The position numbers and the translations under genes were made by a program. Source: Felis catus (taxonomy: Eukaryota). From it: a DNA stretch of 64,000 nt. Below the pieces are notes generated by a model, which was given only the letters and a program-made list of their open reading frames with translations, had not been told where the DNA came from and did not search any database. Position 1 is the first letter of the stretch; each line of letters opens with the position of its first letter. The DNA is taken from positions 22,198,001 through 22,262,000 of the forward strand of contig NC_058368.1 of NCBI RefSeq assembly GCF_018350175.1, given 5' to 3'. Shown in pieces: positions 1 through 10,162 of this stretch.

Positions 1-899
1 CACATTTACACCCAGCCTAATGAGCTCTCAACCTCCTATCTTTCCGTGTTTCAATTCAGTAAAAAAAAATTCAAAAGTAATAATAGAAATTTTAATCATG
101 TTACATCCTGCTCAAGAAGGTTCAGTGGCTCCATATTATTAATAATAGGGTTTATAGGTCAATTAACACAAGTGACCTAAGTAAAATGAATATCCAATCT
201 GCACAATCAATTGGTAAAAAAAAAAGAAAACGGAAAAGCTGTCCCCACCTCTCTCATACCTATCTCTCTATTCTTAACAGCAGGGAAAAGACTATAGAAT
301 CCAGTGGTATCTGTGCTCTACCTGCTTGAATACTTGCTGCGGGCCAGTAGGCTCTAGCCATGTGACCATTTCTTCCGGAAGTGCTTCCACCTGTAGCTCA
401 AGGGCACTGCCTTTACTATGGATCTGGTCTTTAGTCTTAAGACTTTCATGTAAATAAAAATAGCTCTCCCTCAAAACAAGTGTAGGAACTCTGTTCTATA
501 AGACAAAGCCCAAAGACCATACAGTTTTTCAAAGTTCTCCACTAAAGTCCCAACCTATCATTTTAAACCATCTGCCACTATTCTTACCAATAATAATTCT
601 CCATTTCAAACCACTGACTCCCAAAACCTTGCTTCTCACAAACTGATGACCTCACATGTGCTGTCCCCCTCACCAGGAATGTGTTCTTCCTCCTCTACAT
701 CTGACCCATCAAGATCCAGCTTAAGCCCCAGCCTTTCATCACATGCCAACCTGCATGGGTCACTATTTTGCTTCTGAGTTCAGGTATTACTTAACAGCCT
801 CTATCACTCATTTGGTATTTGATGTGTTACATTAAATTGTAACACAAATAACCCAAACAGCAACTTGAAGAAGAGGATTAATAACTATGTAAGCCCTTT

Positions 900-1275
900 T
901 ATTTCTCCCCAGAAGTTCTCCAAACCCATCTTTTTGGGTTTTTAAGGAGGCCTCATTACAGAGGCACAACTGATTAAATTATTGACACTGGTAACTGAAC
1001 TCAAACTCCAGTCCCTCTTTCCTTCCGAAGAGGTCTGAGGAGTGAGGTTGAGATTTCCAACGCTCTAGTCACCTGGTTAGCTCCCCTGGCAACCAGGCCC
1101 CCATCAGTGGAGTTTCCCAAAAGCCACTTCTCTAACAAAGTCAGGTGTGTCTGAAGGGGGCTTGTCAGGAATAACAAGACACCTGTATCACTCTCATTAC
1201 TCCAGAAATTCCAAGGCTTTTAGTCGCTCTGTGCCAGGAATGGGATGAAAACCAAATATATAATTCATATTCTCA
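900..1275. mobile_element. LTR fragment, MER21-like
   Basis: Recalled MER21 motifs (ggaggcctcattaca...tgattaaat, ccctggcaaccag, gaaattccaagg...tgtgccaggaa). Confidence 0.55.
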
Positions 1276-1370
1276 GTTAAAATATCTCAGTTAAAATATG
1301 TAAAAGATATAATATTTTTTAAATGGGAGAATGCTCTGCATACTTACCTGGCTACAAAATAGAATCATAA

Positions 1371-1529
1371 GGGGCACCTGGGTGGCTCAGTTGGTTATTT
1401 TGGTTCAGGTCATGATCTCATGGTTCATGGGATTGAGGCATGCGTCGAGCTCCATGCTGAGCACAGAGCCTGCTTGGGATTCTCTTTCTTCCTCTCTCAG
1501 TCCCTCCCCTGCTTGTGTGCATGCACTCT

Positions 1530-1569
<40 letters not shown>

Positions 1570-1592
1570 ATAAATAAATAAACTTAAAAAAA
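1371..1592 (+). mobile_element. CanSINE with 16-bp TSD AAAATAGAATCATAAG
   Basis: ggggcacctgggtggctcag head, (CT)n, A-tail, direct repeats on both sides. Confidence 0.95.
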
Positions 1593-1699
1593 ATAGAATC
1601 ATAAGCATAAAGAGCTTTAGTGAGTGGTCTGATGTAGCAGAGATAGTTAAACATTAATCATCTGTGCTTCTCCTTCTGAAGTACAGAACAATCATTGGG

Positions 1700-2015
1700 A
1701 GACAGCCGCTCAGCCAAGAACTACAGAGCCCACAGTGGATGTGAACAGAAAGGCCAGCGTTTTTGGGGGGAAGGCATGCCTTCTCTATGCTCTGTCTCGG
1801 TCGGCCTCTGGATGCAGAGGACTCAAGGCTCTAGAAGACAACAGTAGCAATGTGACAGAAGATGCCAACACCCGTGAATCAGCCACACGGAGAAAAGCTG
1901 CCTGTTGTTCAGCAGCACCTGTGCTGGACTATTACATGGGTGATAAAGGTCTAGTATATTAAGCCACTGAAATTTTGGTGTTTGTTATAGCAGCTAGCAT
2001 TAGTTTACTAACACA
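1700..2015 (+). mobile_element. Old MLT1 (MaLR) LTR fragment
   Basis: Typical 3' end aagccactgaaattttgg...tttgttatagcagctag. Confidence 0.6.
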
Positions 2016-2207
2016 TGAAGAATCATCTAATTAGGTAGTAACAGGGCAGAGACCAGATTCATGTTTTCTGACACTGTTTACAGTGTACCAACTGTATTCC
2101 GATATGTATTAATAGTTCTAAATTATCTCAGTGGTGTGAAAGCAATTTATCTTGATTATTCTTAGATAAATACTATTAATCCCCAACCAAGCCTTATCTA
2201 CACTTAC

Positions 2208-2385
2208 CATTTACAATCATTTTCAAACAAGCAGAACATGGTTTTCTGGAAAAATAAAGATCACAGTTTTTCAGCCTTGACCCATGTTTTATAAGAGCAA
2301 TTTTCCCAGCATGTAAATCTTCACTAGAACAATGGAGACCAACAATTTTCGTGTTTTTCACCACCACAAGGCCAGTTCTCTTCAC
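2208..2385 (-). CDS. CDADC1: CDADC1 coding exon 4, 178 nt (N-terminal deaminase-fold domain)
   Basis: gtag|GTGAAG...AATG|gtaagt; VKRTGLVVVKNTKIVGLHCSSEDLHAGKIALIKHGSRLKNCDLYFSRKPCSACLKMIVN with HAG and PCxxC zinc-ligand motifs; gene continues beyond the left edge. Confidence 0.96.
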
Positions 2386-2427
2386 CTACATTAAGATAAA
2401 AAATAATAATGTATTAGTTTTAACGTC

Positions 2428-2815
2428 TGTTAAAAAAGAGACAACAGCCTCCAAATGGAGTCACTTGTGCTAACCTCCTGTCATCAGACTGAGGCTTAAT
2501 ACCTAATTGCAGTTTCATCCTCTCCCAGTAATACAATAACCGGTCAGACTTGAATTTCCTGGTCAGCTAGTGAGAAAATCCACCTGGTGGACTCCCTCAG
2601 TCCCCCAAAGAAAGGTGACCTTGACTGAAACAATCCACTTTTTTTGCTAGTAGCTTCTTTTCCCCACCCCTTCTGCTTGCAGAAGTCTTTCGTTTTCACA
2701 GCTCTGCAGATTTCCTCTCTACTTACTCGATGGGATGCTGCCCAATTCATGAATCATTGAATAAAGCAAGTAGATCTTTAAATTTACTCAGTTGAATTTT
2801 TTTTTTTTTTTAACA
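2428..2815 (+). repeat. 5' LTR of the provirus
   Basis: Starts TGTTAAAA, ends TTAACA, internal AATAAA; followed by TGGTGGGAGCATTTGGAT (degenerate PBS, 2820-2837); aligns to 9812-10162. Confidence 0.88.
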
Positions 2816-3529
2816 GATTTGGTGGGAGCATTTGGATCCAAAGGAAAACTTTCAATGGCTTCGGGGACAACAAGAAACACAAACGTGATACCCTCGAGCC
2901 CTTTGAGTTCTCTGTCCTTCTTGCCATTTCTAAGGGCCACACAGTAAGTTCCTCTTGGTTCTGAGCTCTGCTCTCTTGGCACTGAGCTCCTAATCTGATT
3001 GGCTTTCCAGTCCAAAATTCCCCATTTGACTGGAAATCCCAGCCCTTGATTAGCCCCCAGAGTCCACACTGGGAACTCCTGGTTCAATCTATAGCTTCCT
3101 GTTGCGTGGAATTCCAGGCTATGGTCCCCATTGGTTGAGATTTGGCCGTGGTGTGTACTGGCCCGTCTCTTGGCCAGGTTGGGGGAACACCTTTTGGTTC
3201 CTGCTGGTGCATTAAGGTGAAAATGTCTGTCTCATTTTGTGTCGATAAACTCTATTGCTGATTGGAATCCTGGAGACCAAAAGTTGCAAAATTGGTAGAC
3301 ATGGTTCAGCACTTAAAAGCTATTAGCTGACCACCTAACCCTAAGATCCCTGTGGTAGGATAAGACAGTTGTTACGTTAACACTAGGTCGCCCACTAACC
3401 TCAGCAAATTTTGGTGCAACTAGGCACAGTGTAAAACACCACACAATCCCCAACCCAGCAGCATGTCCTCTTAGGCATTAATCTGCCTCTGAGAAACCCA
3501 CTTAGCTTAAAAAAGAAAAAGAGAGAAAG

Positions 3530-4100
3530 GGATCCTTAAATTCCAAAGCATACCACCTCCTGGCACACTTGCTTATTTTAAGTCTAAAAACTATAATCCA
3601 GGAAGCTATAAACATTTACAAAATGACAAAATCTTACTAAGCTTATTTCGTGTCCTTAAGAAGTTGGCTTGGTAACCATCAGTTTGGGGGCCCCAAAATA
3701 TGGCCAGACAGAAATGTGGGTTGTACCCCATTTACCACTAGCTATGGCTGGACAGAAAATATGGGTTCAACTCCATTTTTGGATAGGGTCCTAGCAAACT
3801 GCTATAAGCCCTCAGGTAAATTACAACCTAGAACACAATGAACATTATGAGGAATGGTCAAATTAGTTAAGATCATTCAAAAAGTAAGAGTTCCTAAATC
3901 AAACCAACAGGATGGTAAGCACCTGTTTTAACCTGCATGCAGAAGCCTTCAAAAGGCTTCAAAAATCCAAAATACCTTCATTGAAAGATTTGTTGCAAAA
4001 GGCTCATGAAAAATTAAAAGCACAAAAGGTACATAAAATAAGACTGTAAGACTGAGGTAACTCCTGCCGTTCCCCTCTATCCTCCCTTATCTGAGTACTC
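3530..4100 (+). pseudogene. ERV gag (matrix/p12-like) remnant, disrupted
   Basis: Fragments such as EAFKRLQKSKIPSLKDLLQKAHEKLK and a proline-rich PAVPLYPPL motif; stops and frameshifts. Confidence 0.55.
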
Positions 4101-6539
4101 ACTTCAGTAATCCTGAGTCATCTTTCCACTCGGAGAAGACTGCAGCACCATAAACAAAAGCCCACCAACTTGGTGGCTTACACACACCCTTGTCTCTACG
4201 CTTGAAGGAGAGGTGACACGACTCTGAGGGAGTGTCAGGTAAATTGCTACCTTATTCCCTTAAACAGTCAAGGGAAAGTGAAGTTAAAATTACTGGAAAA
4301 CCTTGCCAAATTTTGGAAGATACCAAAGCTACACCCTACTTCACACTCCACTAGGAGCCTGCAGACGTATCCTAGGAAAAACTGGCAGAAGCTACCTTGG
4401 TGTGAGAACTCTTACCAGAGTCTGTTCTCCTGGATCTCTGTCCACAGTAACCAGTATGAGAAAATAAGATCTTTTGCACCCTCTCTGGGGATGCTCCTGG
4501 AGTCCAAGGAGTTATTTAAAACTGCTAGGAATATTTACTGTTTGTCTCACCTAAAAATTGACAAGGCATTTAAAAGGATGTTTTTAAGTAGCTAGTCCTG
4601 TGATCGGAAGTTGGACAGATTAAAAGCTGGTACTCAATGCTTGACAGGAGTTTTTCTTAGGTATTCTCCCCTAAGCTAAAATACAAACTATGAATACAGA
4701 CGAAAAGAAAAAAAACCTTCCCAAGCTTTTGTGGAAGGGTTTACTAAAACATTACAAACAACTCGAAATCCAGAACATGGAAATCTTTTGAATTCCACCT
4801 TCGTTGGAAATATTTTCCCTGATATAAAAAGCATATTGAAAATAATGTGGTTGGATGGGTGGACCAACCTATGATATCATTTAAGTTACAACCCAATTCC
4901 TTGAGAAATTAAAAGCACCTGTTCTTATCTTACAGATCTTTGCAAAACCAGAAATGCAGCTCTAAAATCAATTCAAAGTCCACCTACCCTTTTTACCAGT
5001 CCCCAAATCTCCTGCATTTATCTCAAAAGCTTGTAAGTAGTTTTGGAGGAACTTATGTTCTTTCCCTGTGTCTTTGACATGTACATGTTTTACCGGGTTT
5101 TCCCCAGGAAAAAGCGGGGTGGAGGGAGGCTTTTTATCAATACAAACTGCCACAGAAGGTCCCTTGCCCAAAATCTAGTTGACAGCTTTCATAAAATTGC
5201 TTGTCAAGGTCAAATACAAATCTTCAATGTCATCTCCCCAAATATTACAGAAAAAGATTCAGCCATCTGAATAGGTAAATTTAACTTATTCCAACTGTTC
5301 TTTTATAAGCTAGTGAGTTTTGCATTACCATACCTGTCTCATGGCTACAATCTTAAAATGAAAGCTATAAGGTCTCTGCATCGGTCTATATATTTAAGTA
5401 CATCTGTGTATATGTATTGTAGATGTGTGGTATTTTCTACCTCTGGATAGTATTGACAAAATTAATTTGTAAAAGAGCTCTATTTAACTGGCTTAAAGAA
5501 AATTAAACATTTATATCGATTATTCACAAAATTCTCCAAAATATAATCGAAACTAAACCCAAATGCTTTTCAGGTTCATATGATCTGGGAAAACATTCAG
5601 TATTAAGGCTTATTTAAGCTTGTTGGTTTAATTAACATACACATGTCTTTAGCGTTCTCAACACTGAATATAAAGCAGTCATACAACTTCATTCAGCCTC
5701 CTTATACTAGTCAAATAATTTCATGTCATCTCTGTTACAAAATCTGTCAGGTAGAAAAATAACTTGGAATGATGAAATTTTCCTAAGCAATCCAAAAATA
5801 ATTGCTCAAAAGAAGTGAACTAAATAGATGTAAGTGAGATGAAAGTTTTTGGGTAAACTTTTTAAATAGTTTCCCCAAATCTTTTCGGTAACCTGAAACC
5901 TTGAAGTTTTGCTAAGTTAAATTAAACGATGGATAGTCATTGAATATCTAGATTATTTCCAAATAACATAAAACACTGGAACATTCATTACTAGACATAG
6001 GTTTATCTACTTTTCAGTTTCCTTTTATAGAGGAACTACAGATTGGGGGGGGTTGTTAGTAAACAGGTTTTGTGTCACACTGAAAAATTTACTATGAGAA
6101 GGTCTACGTTTTTAGAAAATTATGAAAAGTACTTATAAACTTGCCAAGCCACAGAATGTTAATGTAAAAGATAGTTCACAATTGTTTACTTCTTTATTTT
6201 TATTAGAAATCAAGGTCTTTAAGGGTTTAAAAATTCTAATATATTTAATTAAAGCTACTAGAAATAATAATAAAAAAATCTCATGTGCAAAGGAAAGTAG
6301 GATGTGTGTTTTCAGTAAAAGAAGGCATGAGGAATGGACATGCATTTTTTGTTGAGGGAAAGCAAGTAATTTTGTCCTATAGTGAGACTACTTATTTCAG
6401 AATGGGAAAGAGGAAAGACGGAGAACAAAATCTGAAGGGATACCAAAAAGGTTATAGAATATTTGTAGAAAAGGAGTCTTTGGAAAGGAATATTGTGTGT
6501 GATCAAGCTGGCTAAGATTAGAACAAGTTTAATGAAGTT

Positions 6540-6927
6540 TTTTTTTTTTAATTTTTTAATTTAAAAATTTCTTTTAAGTAGGCTTCATGTCTAGCACAGA
6601 GCCCAAGAGCTTGAACTCACGACCCTGAGATCAAGATCTGAGCTGAGATTAAGAGTTGGACACTCGGGGCGCCTGGGTGGCTCAGTTGGTTGAGCGGCCG
6701 ACTTCAGCTCAGGTCATGATCTGCGGTCCGTGAGTTCGAGCCCCCCGTCGGGCTCTGTGCTGACAGCTCAGAGCCTGGAGCCTGTTTTAATTCTGTGTCT
6801 CCCTCTCTCTGACCCTCCCCCGTTCATGCTGTCTCTCTCTGTCTCAAAAATAAATAAACGTTAAAAAAAATTAAAAAAAAAAAAAAAAAAGAGAGACGCT
6901 CAACGCACTGAACCACCCAGGCACCCC
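6540..6927 (-). mobile_element. Older CanSINE (minus) split by a nested younger SINE
   Basis: Body at 6540-6665 continues at 6891-6927 (caacgcactgaaccacccaggcacccc). Confidence 0.85.
6666..6890 (+). mobile_element. Young CanSINE nested in the older SINE
   Basis: Full head, CpG-rich body, long pure A-tail; imperfect TSD aagagttggacactc / aagagagacgctc. Confidence 0.92.
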
Positions 6928-7120
6928 AAGTTTTTTTTTAAATGAATATATTTTAATATCAAAAGTAAACTGGTACAAAATTAAAATTTGGTTTTCTTTT
7001 TGTAAAAAGGATAGTTTTCTTGGACTATTGGTCTCTTGATGAGAGATGGTAAAGTTTTTCTTTACCTTTTATGTAATCTGCCCATAAAACAAAGATTTTG
7101 TGTCTTATCAAAATAATCTC

Positions 7121-7350
7121 GGGGCGCCTGGGGGGCTCAGTCGGTTAAGCGTCCGACTTCAGCTCAGGTCAAGATCTCGCAGTCCGTGAGTTCGAGCCTC
7201 ACATCGTGTTCCGTGCTGACAGCTCAGAGCCTGGAGCCTGCTTTGGATTCTGTGTCTCCCTCTCCCTTTGCCCCTCCCCTGTCTCTCTCTGTCTCTCAAA
7301 AATAAATAAACGTTAAAAATTTCAAAAGATGTTAAAAATAAAATAAAAAT
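7121..7350 (+). mobile_element. CanSINE inside the ERV
   Basis: Head, (CT) region, A-rich tail. Confidence 0.92.
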
Positions 7351-8315
7351 GAACTGGGTAAAAATTTCTTGAACTAATGGAAAAACTGGAATCCAGCAGA
7401 ACAAGTAGTTAATACATAGGACTGAATGAACTGACAAGGAGAATTATAATTTTTTACGACTTTTTGTTTAAAGCATTGCTGGTCCTGTTTTTCCAAATTT
7501 AAGGAAACCTTTCTTTTAAGTTATGTATGACTTAAAGCAATTTGATATAGTATACCATTGTATACAAAGATGAAACATTTTTCTCCTTATCTGACCCCTC
7601 CAGAATTTGGAAACTTAAGTATTCTCTCCATGGCAATTTAGTCAGTTATTTGCATAAATTCAATGAGAATCTGGTCTCCTTATAACACAATCGGAAAGAT
7701 TAGACAGTATAGACTGAATATAGACTCAAATATGACCAGACAGCTTTAAGGAACTACTTGGAAAGACCAGCCTGGTACCTTGCTTAAAGAGTTCCCAGCT
7801 GTCTTAACAGGTAAGTAAGGAAGGTTACTTCTTGGCAGGCCTGGGAACTTCAGGATATTTTGGGTGACCTGAGGAAAGAGAAATTCACCCCAACTATAGA
7901 TACTGTAGATAAAATCTGATGGCAAGTCCTTGGCTTAGTTTCCTGGCCTCAGAGGTTTTTAAGAGCTCAATCTGAGATTCCTTATGAGAAGTTTCTGCAA
8001 AGCCGTATGAAAAAAGAGCTTATATGGTCAATCACTATTTTTGCTGTACTTATGTAAATAAGGCCATGTTTAATGAAAACAAATTAATTTTACTGTAATT
8101 ATATTTTAAAATATGGGAGTAATAGTAGAGAGAAAAAGTATGTTTGCACCTTTGTCTGTATTAGATTCTAATCCTTTAGTCTTTGAGGTTTTGTTCTATA
8201 CCTGTAAACTGGACTAGATCCCGATTCTAGTTACCTCAAATACCCGGCTATGACTCTCCAAAATAACATTCCCAATTTTCTCCCATGCTTCTGATTTGGA
8301 ATTACTAAGAACAAA

Positions 8316-8450
8316 GACTGCCCTTGAATCTCCTTAGAAGAGATTATACTAGGTCCTCCTCACTCTCCAGATGGCAATCAAACATCAGGGACTTGACCCC
8401 TGGGTACATATGTCACAGCTGAAGAAGGCTGCACCTGACATATGGTCCTG
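8316..8450 (+). pseudogene. ERV integrase C-terminal (GPY/F) remnant
   Basis: TALESP*KRLY*VLLT...AIKHQGLDPWVHMSQLKKA resembles the LEPRWKGPYQVLLT...WIHxSxLK motif. Confidence 0.75.
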
Positions 8451-8859
8451 TGCAAAGCTGAAGACATCAAAATCAAATTCACTAGGAAGAGAAGGAGCCA
8501 ACATTGAGGTATACTGCCTTCTCCCAAGACATCAGATCCAAAACATTTCTTTTTATTCCTCCTCCCGTCTGATTCTCCTTTTACCTAATTCTTACAGATG
8601 AGGTCTTTATGATTCTTTTGTCCACGTTTTGCCTTGCTTGGGCCTGGAAAGATATCTCAGGCCATTACAAAGGGGTTAGTCCAACTTCCAAATGTGGACT
8701 TGCCCTGATGCTGCCTGTACACTCTACATACCCTTAAATTGCATTGGCCTCCATGGCTCACCTTTCAGGTTCAAACGTTTCAGACTCAAATGGGAATTAC
8801 CAGGAAGCACATGTCAGTCAAAATTAGCTCCCTTTGGCAGATCCACTTCCCTGGTTAGG

Positions 8860-9560
8860 AGTGAGTACAAATGAGGCTGTGATAAGGAATCTCCTTAACT
8901 CTTTAAAGTATTACAGAATCTGTTGCTAAAAAAAAAATAGCTACCCAAAAAAATCCTTAGACCTTCTGACTCAAGTCGTTCTTGGAAACAGGATTGCCCT
9001 TAATTATCTTTTGGCTGAACAAGGAGGTATCTGTGCTGTGAACAACACTACTTATGGCACTTAACACTTCTGAGGAAGTTGAAACTCAGCTGCATAAAAC
9101 CAATGAACAAGCCACTTGGCTTAAGAAAGTGTATCCTTGCAGGGTGCCTGGGTGGGTCAATCCATTAAGCGTCTGACTCTTGATTTTGGCTCAGGTCTTG
9201 ATCTCATGGTTTGTGAGTTCAAGCCCTGCAATGGGCTCTGTGCTGACAGCATGGAACCTGCTTGGGATTCTCTCTCTTCTCTGTCTCTTTGCCTCTCCCC
9301 TACTCTCTCTTTCTTTCTCTTTCAAGGTAAAAAAATAAACTTGAAAAAAAAATTTTTAATTAAAAAAGAAAAGAAAGTATCTCCCTCAACACTCCTTTAA
9401 CTTATTTAATTTTGGTTGATTTGGGTGCTGGGGAACCACAGCTCCAAAAACACTCCAGATTTGGGGGATTACCCTGCCTATAATCATAGTAGTCTCTCTG
9501 GCACACTGTATTCTCTCAAATACAGCTTTCAATGTGTGCTCACAGCCGCTAACCACCAAA
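8860..9560 (+). pseudogene. ERV env transmembrane-subunit remnant, interrupted by a SINE
   Basis: 8951-9064 reads KSLDLLTQVVLGNRIALNYLLAEQGGICAVNNTTYGT* (immunosuppressive domain, degenerate CX6CC); hydrophobic TM-like stretch near 9460-9520. Confidence 0.85.
9141..9372 (+). mobile_element. CanSINE inserted in the env remnant
   Basis: Head, tail, degenerate TSD aagaaagtgtatcct / aagaaagtatctccct. Confidence 0.9.
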
Positions 9561-9811
9561 TAAATCATCTCCTTCAGACCAGAATATCAGAAAAGAAATG
9601 AAGACAATAACTGACTTTAAAAATGTGAACCCAAAGTCATGATCTGTGAATACCACAAAGATTCAGCAAAAAACCCCACCAAAAACAAAAACAGAACCCA
9701 TGGTGTGAATACCACACAAAGGATCAGCAAAACTGCAAGAATTTCAGAGCAATAGCTAGGGGTGGCGCTAATGCCTTAAGTTTTGATCACATCTCTCAGG
9801 TGGAGTCGAGC

Positions 9812-10162
9812 AAGAGACAACAGGCCCCAAATGGGAGTCACTTGTGCCAAGTCCACATCACCAGACTGTCACCTAATGCCTAACCCAACTGCATTTTCGC
9901 CAGACTGGAATTTCCTGGTCAGTTAGTGAGGAAATCCACCTGGTAGACTCCTGTAGTTCCCCCAAAAGAATGTGACCTTGGCTGAAACAATCCACTTTTT
10001 GCTAGCAACTTCCTTTTCTCGCCCCTTCTGCCTGTAGAAGTCTCCTATTTTTACAGCTTTGCAGAGCTCCTCTCTATTATATGACATGCTGCCCAATTCA
10101 TGAATCATTGAATAAAACAACTAGACCTTTACATTTTCTCAGTTGAGTTTTGGTTTTTAACA
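9812..10162 (+). repeat. 3' LTR of the provirus (5' terminus and polypurine tract missing)
   Basis: Shares blocks such as gaatttcctggtcag, gaaacaatccacttttt and gctgcccaattcatgaatcattgaataaa with the 5' LTR; ends TTAACA. Confidence 0.88.

Larger units (their letters stand above)
2428..10162 (+). mobile_element. Decayed ERV1-class (MER4/MER34-group-like) provirus in CDADC1 intron 3, antisense to the gene
   Basis: Two homologous LTRs, PBS-like motif, gag/IN/env remnants in the correct order, long AT-rich internal region; family name from recall only. Confidence 0.88.

Noticed and set aside
1271..1298. 14-bp tandem duplication tctcagttaaaata
   Set aside because: Real but a trivial slippage event at a repeat edge; no functional argument
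1340..1352. U1 snRNA gene or pseudogene (ATACTTACCTGGC)
   Set aside because: Only 13 nt match the U1 5' end; the sequence diverges immediately. Better read as an opposite-strand splice donor.
8692..9600. Domesticated env (syncytin-like) gene
   Set aside because: Multiple stops, frameshifts, broken CX6CC, large SU loss and a SINE insertion
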